Source: an uncultured Gemmatimonadaceae bacterium (GTDB lineage: Bacteria; Gemmatimonadota; Gemmatimonadetes; Gemmatimonadales; Gemmatimonadaceae). From it: DNA of 64,000 bases. Positions 1 to 8,544 of this stretch are shown piece after piece. Numbering within the stretch: position 1 is the stretch's first letter; each line of letters starts with the position of its first letter. Location of the stretch: assembly GCA_963761305.1 (NCBI GenBank), contig CAVXGK010000001.1:1440001-1504000 (forward strand), in the 5' to 3' direction. The position numbers and the translations under genes were made by a program. A model generated the notes under the pieces. It was not told where the DNA came from. It saw only the letters and a program-made list of their open reading frames with translations, and made no database searches.

Positions 1-189
1 CGCGGCTCGCTGTACGTCGGATCGCCGGAGACCGTCGCGCACAAGATCGCCGCGACGGCGCGCGCGCTCGAGATCGAACGGTTCGACATGAAGTACAGCG
101 CGGGTGCGCTGGCGCACGACAAGATGATGCGCAGCATCGAGCTGTATGGGCGTTCGGTGATTCCGCGAGTGCGCGAGCTGCTGCGGTAG
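1..189 (+). CDS. LLM-class flavin-dependent oxidoreductase (luciferase-like), 3' end only
   Basis: Frame 1 reads RGSLYVGSPETVAHKIA...FDMKYSAGALAHDKMMRSIELYGRSVIPRVRELLR-stop, a typical LLM-family C-terminus. Truncated by the window edge. Confidence 0.75.
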   Translation, partial: RGSLYVGSPETVAHKIAATARALEIERFDMKYSAGALAHDKMMRSIELYGRSVIPRVRELLR

Positions 190-217
190 GCATTTGACGG
201 CGAACCGCTGGCGAAGC

Positions 218-1624
218 ATGCTAGGCTCGGAGGGTGAGCCACTGCCGCTGAGCCAGACGGACACGCGCGACACAACCGGTCAGTTACCGCGCTCGCTCGG
301 AGTCGTGAGCACCGCGGGACTCCTGGTCGGAATCACGATCGGCAGCGGCATCTTTCGCGTACCGAGCATCGTGGCGGGAGAGCTCGGCTCGGTCGGCGGC
401 GTCACGCTCGTGTGGCTCGCCGGTGCCGCCATTTCGCTCGCCGGCGCGCTGACGCTCGTCGGGTTGGTGTCGGCGCTTCCCAGTACGGGCGGCGCATACG
501 TCTACATCCGCGAGGGATTCGGTCCCCTCGCCGCGTTTCTATACGGATGGATCAAGCTGATCGTAACGGGACCCGCCGCCGTCGCGGCGGTCGCGCTGAT
601 CTTCGCCGAATACGCGCGGGCGTTCACGCCGCTGAGCGACCGCCAGGTACAAGTCGTGGCCGCCGCACTCTTGGTCGTGCTCACCGTGGCGAACATCCGC
701 TCGGTGCATTGGAGTGCCTGGCTGCAAAACGCGTCGACGATCACCAAGGTCATCGCGTTGGCCGCGCTCGCGGTGTTGATCTTCGGCCTGGGAAATTCGG
801 CGCACGGAACGTTTGCACAGCCCGTCGCGTGGGGCGGATTCACCGCCGGCGGCTTCTGGACGGCGCTGATCTCCGTGCTCTGGACCTATACGGGCTGGGT
901 CGACATCACGTACGTCGCCGGTGAAGTGCGCGATCCGAGCACGACGTATCCGCGCTCGCTTCTCGCCGGCATGGCGATCATCGTCTTCGTCTACCTGGCG
1001 ATCAACGCGGCGTATCTCTACGTACTGCCGCTGCCGGCGATGGCAACGTCGACGCTCGTCGCCGCGACGGCCGCCGAGCGCGCGATCGGAACGCACGCCG
1101 CGACGTTCGTCGCCCTGCTGGTGATGATCTCGACATTCGGTTCGCTCAACGGCTCGATTCTCACCAGCCCCCGCGTGTATTTTGCGCTCGCCGACGACGG
1201 CCTGTTCTTCCGTTCGGTCGCCGCGGTGCACCCGCGCTACCGCACGCCCTATGTCGCGCTCCTCGTCTATATGGTCCTGGGCCTGGCAGGCATCGCCACG
1301 CGCACCTTCGAGCAGTTGGCCGAGTTGTTCGTGCTCGGCATCTGGCCGTTCTACGCGCTCTCGGTGGCGGCCGTGTTCCTGATGCCGCGCCGCCGGCCCG
1401 AGCTCGCCCCACTCTGCCGCGGCTGGGGTTACCCGGTGCTGCCGATCGCGTTCCTCATTGTGTCCGTCGCGATGCTCGCCAATGGACTGGTGCACCGCCC
1501 GTTCGAGACGGCGCTCAGCCTCGGGATCATTCTCGTCGGCGTGCCTGTGTACTTCGCGTGGCAGGCGATGAAGACTCGAGGCGCGCTCGCGCGGGCCGCC
1601 GTAGTGGATTCGTCCGAGCGATGA
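218..1624 (+). CDS. APC-family amino acid permease
   Basis: About 12 hydrophobic segments; motifs GITIGSGIF, GGAYVY, WTYTGW, AGEVRDP. Start placed at ATG 218 (ORF track opens at 194). Confidence 0.9.
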   Translation: MLGSEGEPLPLSQTDTRDTTGQLPRSLGVVSTAGLLVGITIGSGIFRVPSIVAGELGSVGGVTLVWLAGAAISLAGALTLVGLVSALPSTGGAYVYIREGFGPLAAFLYGWIKLIVTGPAAVAAVALIFAEYARAFTPLSDRQVQVVAAALLVVLTVANIRSVHWSAWLQNASTITKVIALAALAVLIFGLGNSAHGTFAQPVAWGGFTAGGFWTALISVLWTYTGWVDITYVAGEVRDPSTTYPRSLLAGMAIIVFVYLAINAAYLYVLPLPAMATSTLVAATAAERAIGTHAATFVALLVMISTFGSLNGSILTSPRVYFALADDGLFFRSVAAVHPRYRTPYVALLVYMVLGLAGIATRTFEQLAELFVLGIWPFYALSVAAVFLMPRRRPELAPLCRGWGYPVLPIAFLIVSVAMLANGLVHRPFETALSLGIILVGVPVYFAWQAMKTRGALARAAVVDSSER

Positions 1625-2790
1625 TCCACTTCGTCGTCGGTGAACCGGGAAGCTTCTCGATTCGATTCTATTTGGACGAGGAAGGCCGCGGACTGCGCGA
1701 CCGCATGCGAGTCGTTTCGTACGACGAGCTGTCCCGGCTCGACCGGTTGCCGCTCGGCACGTGGGTGTTCACGGAGCTCGATCGCTTCAGCGACGCGCGG
1801 GGCGAGCTGGCGAATCTCGCCTGCGACCGCCTCTCGGCCGCCGGCGGCGACGTCCGCGTCATGAACCGGCCGCAATGCGTTCTGTTGCGGCTCGATTTGC
1901 TGCGCGCCGCTCACGCCGCGGGCCTCAACCGTTTTCGCGCCTGGCCGGCGACCGGAGTCGTGCTCCGCCCGAACGCGCGCGTCGCGCCCGGCGATGCCGA
2001 CGCGATCGCCGCCGCGTCGCTTCGCTATCCGGTGTTTGTCCGCCAGGCGAACCGGCACACGGGCAACCTGACACCCCTGCTCGATTCGCCGAAGCAGCTG
2101 GAGCGGGCCATGGCGTCGCTCATGGCGTCGCGCATTCGTATCGACGAACTCCTCGTCGTCGAGTTCTGCGACACGAAAGACGCGCACGGCGTGTACCGAA
2201 AATGCTCGGCGTACAAGATCGGCGACCGCGTCATGCCGCGGTACCTGGAATGCAGCCGCGATTGGATGGTGAAGTGGGACGCGCGGATCTTCGACCGCGA
2301 GCGCGCCGACGAGGAGACGCGCTACCTGGAGACGAATCCGCACGACGCGTGGATCCGCGAGATTTTCCGCGTCGCGCGGGTCGACTACGGCCGCATCGAT
2401 TACGGCGTCCTCGATGGCGAGCCGCAGGTCTGGGAGATCAACACGAATCCCACGATCGGCCGCGGACCCGGTCCCAAGGTACAGCAGGCCCCGGACGTCG
2501 TCGCGTACAAAGCGATGATGGCGCCGGCGTTCCGCGCGTTTTATGAGAAGTTTGAAGACGCGTGGCGGGCCGTGGACAGCGCGGCCGATCCGGCGGCCGG
2601 CATCGCTCTGAACGCGCCGCCGGCGCTATTGCGTGCGCTGGCGAACGAAGCGAAACGGCAACGCCGAACCCGCCAGGTCGGCTCGCTCGTGAACGCGATC
2701 GCGCGACAGCCGTGGGTGCGGCCGATGACGCATCTCGTGAAACGCGGACTGGCAACGGTAGCGGCAACGCGACTCCGCCGCGGACGGTAG
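1621..2790 (+). CDS. Hypothetical protein with probable ATP-grasp fold
   Basis: ATG overlaps the permease stop (ATGA). YPVFVR, VVEFCD and DYGRIDYGVLDGEPQVWEINTNP resemble ATP-grasp C-terminal motifs (D...ExN). Confidence 0.6.
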   Translation: MIHFVVGEPGSFSIRFYLDEEGRGLRDRMRVVSYDELSRLDRLPLGTWVFTELDRFSDARGELANLACDRLSAAGGDVRVMNRPQCVLLRLDLLRAAHAAGLNRFRAWPATGVVLRPNARVAPGDADAIAAASLRYPVFVRQANRHTGNLTPLLDSPKQLERAMASLMASRIRIDELLVVEFCDTKDAHGVYRKCSAYKIGDRVMPRYLECSRDWMVKWDARIFDRERADEETRYLETNPHDAWIREIFRVARVDYGRIDYGVLDGEPQVWEINTNPTIGRGPGPKVQQAPDVVAYKAMMAPAFRAFYEKFEDAWRAVDSAADPAAGIALNAPPALLRALANEAKRQRRTRQVGSLVNAIARQPWVRPMTHLVKRGLATVAATRLRRGR

Positions 2791-3013
2791 ACCCCCGACG
2801 AGCCTCAGCCCGTCATTCATCGCCCCGAGTGCGTTTTTCGGACGGCGGCCGGGCTCATTGGATCAAGGTCCCTCTGCATCATCGCCGAAGCAGCGGCCGA
2901 TGTGCGCCCTCCTCTTGCTTAAGTGTGATGCGGCATATGGAAGGCGATGACTCGCGACCGCGAGGCGACCTCGAGGCGCCGCGCGGCTGAAAATCTGTTG
3001 GACGGGTAGGGAG

Positions 3014-4252
3014 ATGACGACCTCGTTGATCGACAGCGTGAAGAACTTGGCCACCCCGGATCTCTGCTCGCGCCTCGCGTCGAGTCTGGGCGAGCCCGTG
3101 CACGGCGTCACGAGCGGCTTGACCGGTGGCCTGAGCTCGATGCTCCTGGGCCTCGTGGGCAAGACCGGCGATCCGGCGGCGATGCGATCGGTGTTCAACA
3201 CCGTGACCGACCCCGCCAACGACGGTCAACTGCTCGACAATCCGGCGGCGCTCGTCGGCGCTCCGGAAGGGCCGGCGTCGTCGCTCGGCGGCCAGTTCCT
3301 CTCGAACATCTTCGGTGGGCGCGCCTCCGCGGTGAACGACATCCTCGCCCGGGGCAGCGGACTGCGCCTCGCCTCGGTGTCGTCGCTCATGCGACTCGCT
3401 TCGCCGCTTCTCCTCGGCGTTCTCGGCCGCCGCGTGCGAGACGAAGGATTGAATGCGGGTTCTCTCACGAAAATGCTCGTCGACGAGCGCGAGGGCATCG
3501 AACGCGCGGCGCCAGCCGGCGTCGCCGACGCGCTCGGCCTGCACGAGCCCTCGGTTCCCGTGTACAGCGAGCAGGAGGCGCGGAACGAAGTGCCGCCGCG
3601 CGAACGCCCGCGGGTCTACGCGCCCGAGGAGCAGCCGAGCGGCATTCGCTGGCTGTGGCCCGCGCTGGTCGCCCTCGCCGCCATCGCGCTCTTCCTTGGC
3701 ACGCGCGCGAAGCATCGCGCTCCGACGCCCGTGGCCGACACGACCACCGCGCCGGCCGCTCGGACGTCCGGCGGCGAAATCGCGCCGTTGGCATCCGGCA
3801 TTCAGCAAGTCCGGCTTCCGAACGGCATCGTCATCTCGGTTCCGGGCACCAGCGCCGAAACGAAGCTCGTCGCCTTCCTGAACGACTCGACGCGAAGCGC
3901 CGACGATACGTCGTGGATCGTGCTCGACCGCATCCACTTCGCGAGCAATTCCGCGCAGCTCGATCCCGACGCCGAAGCCCAGGCGAAGAACATCGGCGAA
4001 ATATTGAAGGCGTATCCGAACGCCAACGTGCGGCTCGGTGGCTTCACCGACAGCACCGGGAGCGTCGCCGCCAACATGCACTTATCGCACAGCCGCGCGG
4101 ACGCCGCGCAAAACGAGATCGAGCACGACGGCATCGAAGCGGCGCGTGTTCCGGCCGAGGGCTACGGCCCGAAGGATCCGGTGGCGGACAACTCGACGGA
4201 CGACGGCAAAGCGCAGAATCGCCGCGTCGCGCTGCTGGTGGTCAAAAAATAG
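3014..4252 (+). CDS. OmpA-family protein with N-terminal DUF937-like helical domain
   Basis: RBS GGGAG; central TM (WLWPALVALAAIALFL); C-terminal OmpA_C motifs IHFASNSAQL, GFTDSTG, LSHSRA, GYG, NRRV. Confidence 0.88.
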   Translation: MTTSLIDSVKNLATPDLCSRLASSLGEPVHGVTSGLTGGLSSMLLGLVGKTGDPAAMRSVFNTVTDPANDGQLLDNPAALVGAPEGPASSLGGQFLSNIFGGRASAVNDILARGSGLRLASVSSLMRLASPLLLGVLGRRVRDEGLNAGSLTKMLVDEREGIERAAPAGVADALGLHEPSVPVYSEQEARNEVPPRERPRVYAPEEQPSGIRWLWPALVALAAIALFLGTRAKHRAPTPVADTTTAPAARTSGGEIAPLASGIQQVRLPNGIVISVPGTSAETKLVAFLNDSTRSADDTSWIVLDRIHFASNSAQLDPDAEAQAKNIGEILKAYPNANVRLGGFTDSTGSVAANMHLSHSRADAAQNEIEHDGIEAARVPAEGYGPKDPVADNSTDDGKAQNRRVALLVVKK

Positions 4253-4388
4253 GTGGGCAGGTGGACGGGCAGGCGGCTGGACGGATGAACAGCGAAAGGG
4301 GCGCAGCGAGGCGGCCGACAACGGCCGCCTCGCCGCGTTTTCGGACCGAGCCCCTTGCGCCGCGTCGATTTGTTCTACATAATAAAAC

Positions 4389-4724
4389 ATGACGCCGCCC
4401 ACCCTCGGATCGCTCGAGCTCACCGTCCTCCTCGCCGTCGCGCGGATCGGCGAGGGCGCGCACGGTCTCGCGATTCGCCGCGACGTCTCGTCGCGCACGA
4501 AGCACGACTATTCCGTCGGCGCCGTCTACACCACGCTCCAGCGGCTCGAGACAAAAGGGTTCGTCTCCTCGCGAACGACCGATCCGCTGCCCGTGCGCGG
4601 CGGCCGCTCTCGCCGTGAATTCAAGCTGACCGCGAGCGGCCGGCGCGCGCTGCGCCAGGCCGAACGCGTGGCCGCGTCGGTGTGGGCCGGCATCGGCACC
4701 ACCATATCACCGGAGCGCGCATGA
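4389..4724 (+). CDS. PadR-family transcriptional regulator
   Basis: LGSLELTVLLAV, SVGAVYTTLQRLETKGFV and GGRSRREFKLTASG form a winged-helix pattern. Confidence 0.88.
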   Translation: MTPPTLGSLELTVLLAVARIGEGAHGLAIRRDVSSRTKHDYSVGAVYTTLQRLETKGFVSSRTTDPLPVRGGRSRREFKLTASGRRALRQAERVAASVWAGIGTTISPERA

Positions 4725-5362
4725 CTGCCCCGCCACGCACCATCGAACGACTTCTCGCCGGGCTGGGCGCCAAGCCCGACTTCCGCAACGCGGTGCTCGG
4801 CGATCTGGCCGAGGAGTTCGCCTCTCGGGTCGAGGCGGACGGGATCGAGAGCGCCACGCGTTGGTATCGGCGCGAAGCCGTACGCGCCGTGCCGCACCTG
4901 CTTCGCTCGTGGCTCCGTGGGGCTCGCCTCGGCGACATCGGTCATATCGCGGGCGTGATCGCCACCGCGTATACGGGGATGGCCGTCATCCTCCTCATTC
5001 TGGGAGGAGTGACTATGGGCGTCGTTCGAGCGGTGGGCTACCAGGGGCCTCTGGTTCCGTTGTCGATCGTGGAATCGACCGGGGTTCTGAGCTGCCTGAT
5101 GTTATTCAGCCTCGTCTTGGGAGCGTTGGCCGGCTACTTGGCAGCGTGGCTGGACTCGAGGGCGCCTCTAGTTACGGCGGCGGCATTCGGTGCAGGCATC
5201 CTGCTCGTGCAGTTTGTGGTGCGACACGTATTCGCCGGACCAATGCTGATGCCGTATCCCACGTGGTACCTCATGGGCGTGCCGCTCATGGGGTTCATCG
5301 GGACGATCCTCGGCGGCATTCTTCGCGTTCGCGCGTCGGGACCCGCGAGCGTGGCGACATAG
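4721..5362 (+). CDS. PadR-associated membrane protein (permease-prefix-like N-terminus)
   Basis: ATGA overlap with padR; PPRTIERLL...VLGDLAEEF...WYRREA prefix followed by about 4 TM helices. Confidence 0.7.
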   Translation: MTAPPRTIERLLAGLGAKPDFRNAVLGDLAEEFASRVEADGIESATRWYRREAVRAVPHLLRSWLRGARLGDIGHIAGVIATAYTGMAVILLILGGVTMGVVRAVGYQGPLVPLSIVESTGVLSCLMLFSLVLGALAGYLAAWLDSRAPLVTAAAFGAGILLVQFVVRHVFAGPMLMPYPTWYLMGVPLMGFIGTILGGILRVRASGPASVAT

Positions 5363-5560
5363 ACCCTCCGCTGGGCCTGTGGACATAGACCGCCGTTCCG
5401 AGCACGCGTCGTGGCATCTCCCTCACGACGGCGGCACGTCGCTCGAACGCAGCGTCGCAGCGACCACGGCCAGGTGGCGGCGACCACTGGTCAGCCGACT
5501 CTCACCCTCGACCACTTCATTCCGACCAGGAGCGAGTTGATCCGGAGCGCGGTGCACGAC

Positions 5561-6025
5561 GACGCCGAACATCGGCTAGGCGAGCGGTCGGGTGGTTCCA
5601 GGCGACTCCGAACATCGGCCACCCGACCGGTCACGTGGATCCACGCGACTCCGAACATCGGCCACCCGACCGGTCACGGGGATCCAGACCACTCCGAACA
5701 TCGGCCACGCGATCGGTCAGGTGGATCCGGACCACTCCGGACATCGGCCACGCGACCGATCACGTGGATCCACGCGACTCCGAACATCGGCCACCCGACC
5801 GGTCGGTGGATCCAGACCACTCCGCACATCGGCCACCCGACCGGTCACGTGGATCCACGCGACTCCGAACATCGGCCACCTGACCGGTCACCTGGATGCA
5901 GGCCACCCGAAACATCGGCCCCCCGACCGGTCACGTGGATCCACGCCACCCCGAACATCGGCCACCCGACCGGTCACGTCGGCCACCCGACCGGTCGGTG
6001 GATCCAGGCGACTCCGAACATTGCG
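5561..6025. repeat. Tandem array of about 11 copies of a 43-bp palindrome-rich unit
   Basis: CCGAACATCGG-like anchors at 5565, 5608, 5651, 5694, 5737, 5780, 5822, 5865, 5908, 5951, 6014. Consensus CCGAACATCGGCCACCCGACCGGTCACGTGGATCCACGCGACT. Confidence 0.95.
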
Positions 6026-6175
6026 CACGCGGCTGAGCCAACCTGCCACTCCATCTCGAACACTGATCGCGTCACCGCCACCGCGGATCAGCACACCCCG
6101 AACGCCGGCCGCGAAATGCTTCTGGTCATCACGATCGGTGAGGTTGTGCGGCCGGCCGTGGTACGACACGGCGCA

Positions 6176-6772
6176 CTACTGCGGCCTGTGGAAGAGACCC
6201 ACGTAGACCGCCTTGCCGAGCACGTGACCCTGCATCGCCTTCATGACGGCGGCCCGCGTTTCGAGCGCGGCGTTGATCGCCGGCGTCGCTGACGACGGAT
6301 TCACGTCGAGCTTCGCGTCGAGCGCGTACACCTCGAACGTGTAGTGATGCAACGGGCCCGTCGCCGGCGCTCCGGGTCCGCGATAGCCGGGGCCGGACGC
6401 GCTGATCTGGTGTGTGCCGTCGGGCTGATCGCCGGGCTTCATCGCTTCGGGCAATCCGATCGCCGACGCGGGGATGTTCCAGACGATCCAGTGCGGCTGC
6501 GTCTCGGTACCGCGCTGAATCGCGACGTCGGGATCGAGCATGTTGACGACGAAGCTCACCGTACCGGCAGGCACGTTCGTCCATTTGATCTCGGGCGAGA
6601 CCTGTTCGCCGGCCTGCGTGAATTTCGGCGGAATCTGGCTGCCGTCCGGCCACGCGGGAATCGTGAGCACCATCGCCGGACGCGGGGCGGCCGGCGGTGT
6701 GGCCTGTGCCGACAAAGTGGTCGCGCCAGCGATCAACGAAAGCGTCGCCGACAGCGCTCGGGCGAATCTCAT
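6176..6772 (-). CDS. YbhB/YbcL-family (PEBP, Raf kinase inhibitor-like) exported protein
   Basis: Signal peptide MRFARALS...LSAQ; SPEIKW, DPD, HWIVWNIP, YRGPGAP, HHYTFEVYALD motifs. Confidence 0.9.
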   Translation of the reverse strand: MRFARALSATLSLIAGATTLSAQATPPAAPRPAMVLTIPAWPDGSQIPPKFTQAGEQVSPEIKWTNVPAGTVSFVVNMLDPDVAIQRGTETQPHWIVWNIPASAIGLPEAMKPGDQPDGTHQISASGPGYRGPGAPATGPLHHYTFEVYALDAKLDVNPSSATPAINAALETRAAVMKAMQGHVLGKAVYVGLFHRPQ

Positions 6773-6857
6773 GGGTGGCGTCTCGTGTTTGAGTTTTCGC
6801 CGACAAAGCTGCGCCGCCCGACTCGTTCGCGACAGACGCGCGGCGTACTTTAGTCGC

Positions 6858-8540
6858 GTGACCTCTCGGCGCGAGTTTCTCGAGGCATCGGCCTTCTTCG
6901 CGGCAGCGGCTTCGTTGGCGCGACATCCGACGCTCGCGGGCACGCCCGCTCCGCGCGGTTTCCTCGACATTCATCGCGCGCCGGACGTCGTCGTCGTACA
7001 AACCGCCGATAGCGATCTTCGTCTCGTGAATTCCGGCGGCGATCGTTGGACGAGCGGTGCCGTTGTCGTCACGACGACGCAGCGCGCTGACTCGCTGCAC
7101 CTCTCGCTCGCCGCGCCGAGTGTCGCCGTCAAGCGCGTGCACCTGCGCTGGCGCGGCGATCTGTCGGCGTCACAACTCATCCTCGGCGACGCGTGGGAGC
7201 GCGGCTACGGCGATCTCGAATGGCGCGGGTGGGTGCCGGACCGAGTGATGCCGTGGTACGTCGCGACGAATGACGGATCGCTCACACACACCTACGGCGT
7301 TCGAACCGGAGCGAGCGCTTTCTGCTTCTGGCAGGTGGACCCGGCGGGCATCAGCCTGTGGGCCGACGTGCGGAGCGGCGGAGTGGGCCTACAACTCGGC
7401 GATCGCACGCTGGATGTCTGCGACATCGTCTGTGGGGCCGGACAGCCGGGCGAGTCGGCATTCACCGCGATCCATGCGTTCTGCCGTCAGATGTGCGCGG
7501 CCCCTCGGATTCCGTCGTTTCCACCCTATGGAAGCAACGATTGGTACTGGGCGTACGGAAAGAACACCGCCGAGACGGTGCGTGCGGACGCCGCACACAT
7601 CGTCGAATTGTCGCCGACGGGCACCAACCGGCCATTCGTAGTGATCGACGACGGCTGGCAACCCGGTCGCGGCGCGGACAAGACCGGCGCCGGCACGTGG
7701 GACCACGGCAACGAAAAGTTCGGTGACATGGCGGCGCTTGCGGCGGACGTTCGCCGCGCCGGTGCGCGCCCCGGCGTCTGGGTTCGGCCGTTGCAGGCGC
7801 CGGCGAACGCGCCCGACTCGTGGCGTCTGCCGCGCGATCACGGAACGCTCGATCCCACCGTTCCCGACGTTCGGCAGAAGGTCGTCGACGATCTCACCCG
7901 AATCAGACGCTGGGGCTTCGAGTTGATCAAGCACGACTACACCACGTACGACATTTTCGGCCGTTGGGGATATCAGATGGGTTCCGCGATGACGCGCGAC
8001 GGTTGGACGTTCGCCGCCGGATCGTCGCGCACGACCGCCGAGGTGATCAACGATCTCTATGCGGCGATTCGGAATGGAGCCGGCGACGCGCTCGTCATCG
8101 GGTGCAACACCGTGAGTCATCTGTCGGCCGGCGTGTTCGAGATCTGCCGCGTCGGCGACGATACGAGCGGCACCGAGTGGTCGCGGACGCGGAAGATGGG
8201 CGTCAACACGCTCGCGTTCCGCGGTGCGCAGCACGGCGCCTTCTACGTTGCCGATGCCGACTGCGTCGGCGTCACCAACGCGGTGCCTTGGGCTATGAAC
8301 CGGCAATGGTTGGATCTCTTGTCGCGCAGCGGCACGATGCTCTTCGTTTCGCTGGCGCCCGACGCACTCGGTGCCGATCAGCGCCGCGACCTGAAGGCGG
8401 CCCTCACGCGAGCGGCCGCGCCCCAACCGCTCGGCGAGCCGCTCGACTGGCAACACTCCGTGTATCCCGCGCACTGGAGACTCGACGGCCGCGAGGTCAT
8501 GTACGATTGGGTTGGCGCCGACGGCGCCGGTCCGCCGTGA
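6858..8540 (+). CDS. TAT-exported glycoside hydrolase, alpha-galactosidase-like (GH36/GH27 clan)
   Basis: GTG start then SRREFL twin-arginine motif; VIDDGWQ, LIKHDY and RVGDDT match clan GH-D catalytic motifs. Confidence 0.7.
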   Translation: MTSRREFLEASAFFAAAASLARHPTLAGTPAPRGFLDIHRAPDVVVVQTADSDLRLVNSGGDRWTSGAVVVTTTQRADSLHLSLAAPSVAVKRVHLRWRGDLSASQLILGDAWERGYGDLEWRGWVPDRVMPWYVATNDGSLTHTYGVRTGASAFCFWQVDPAGISLWADVRSGGVGLQLGDRTLDVCDIVCGAGQPGESAFTAIHAFCRQMCAAPRIPSFPPYGSNDWYWAYGKNTAETVRADAAHIVELSPTGTNRPFVVIDDGWQPGRGADKTGAGTWDHGNEKFGDMAALAADVRRAGARPGVWVRPLQAPANAPDSWRLPRDHGTLDPTVPDVRQKVVDDLTRIRRWGFELIKHDYTTYDIFGRWGYQMGSAMTRDGWTFAAGSSRTTAEVINDLYAAIRNGAGDALVIGCNTVSHLSAGVFEICRVGDDTSGTEWSRTRKMGVNTLAFRGAQHGAFYVADADCVGVTNAVPWAMNRQWLDLLSRSGTMLFVSLAPDALGADQRRDLKAALTRAAAPQPLGEPLDWQHSVYPAHWRLDGREVMYDWVGADGAGPP

Positions 8541-8544
8541 CCGG

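Noticed and set aside
5561..6025. CRISPR array
   Set aside because: The variable segments are only about 16 bp and recur among units rather than being unique spacers, and there are no cas genes in the window.
5411..6292. 293-aa and 204-aa ORFs across the repeat array
   Set aside because: The 43-bp period cycles the same peptides through all three frames, there is no clear RBS, and the 3' end overlaps the YbhB gene. Probably stop-free by chance.
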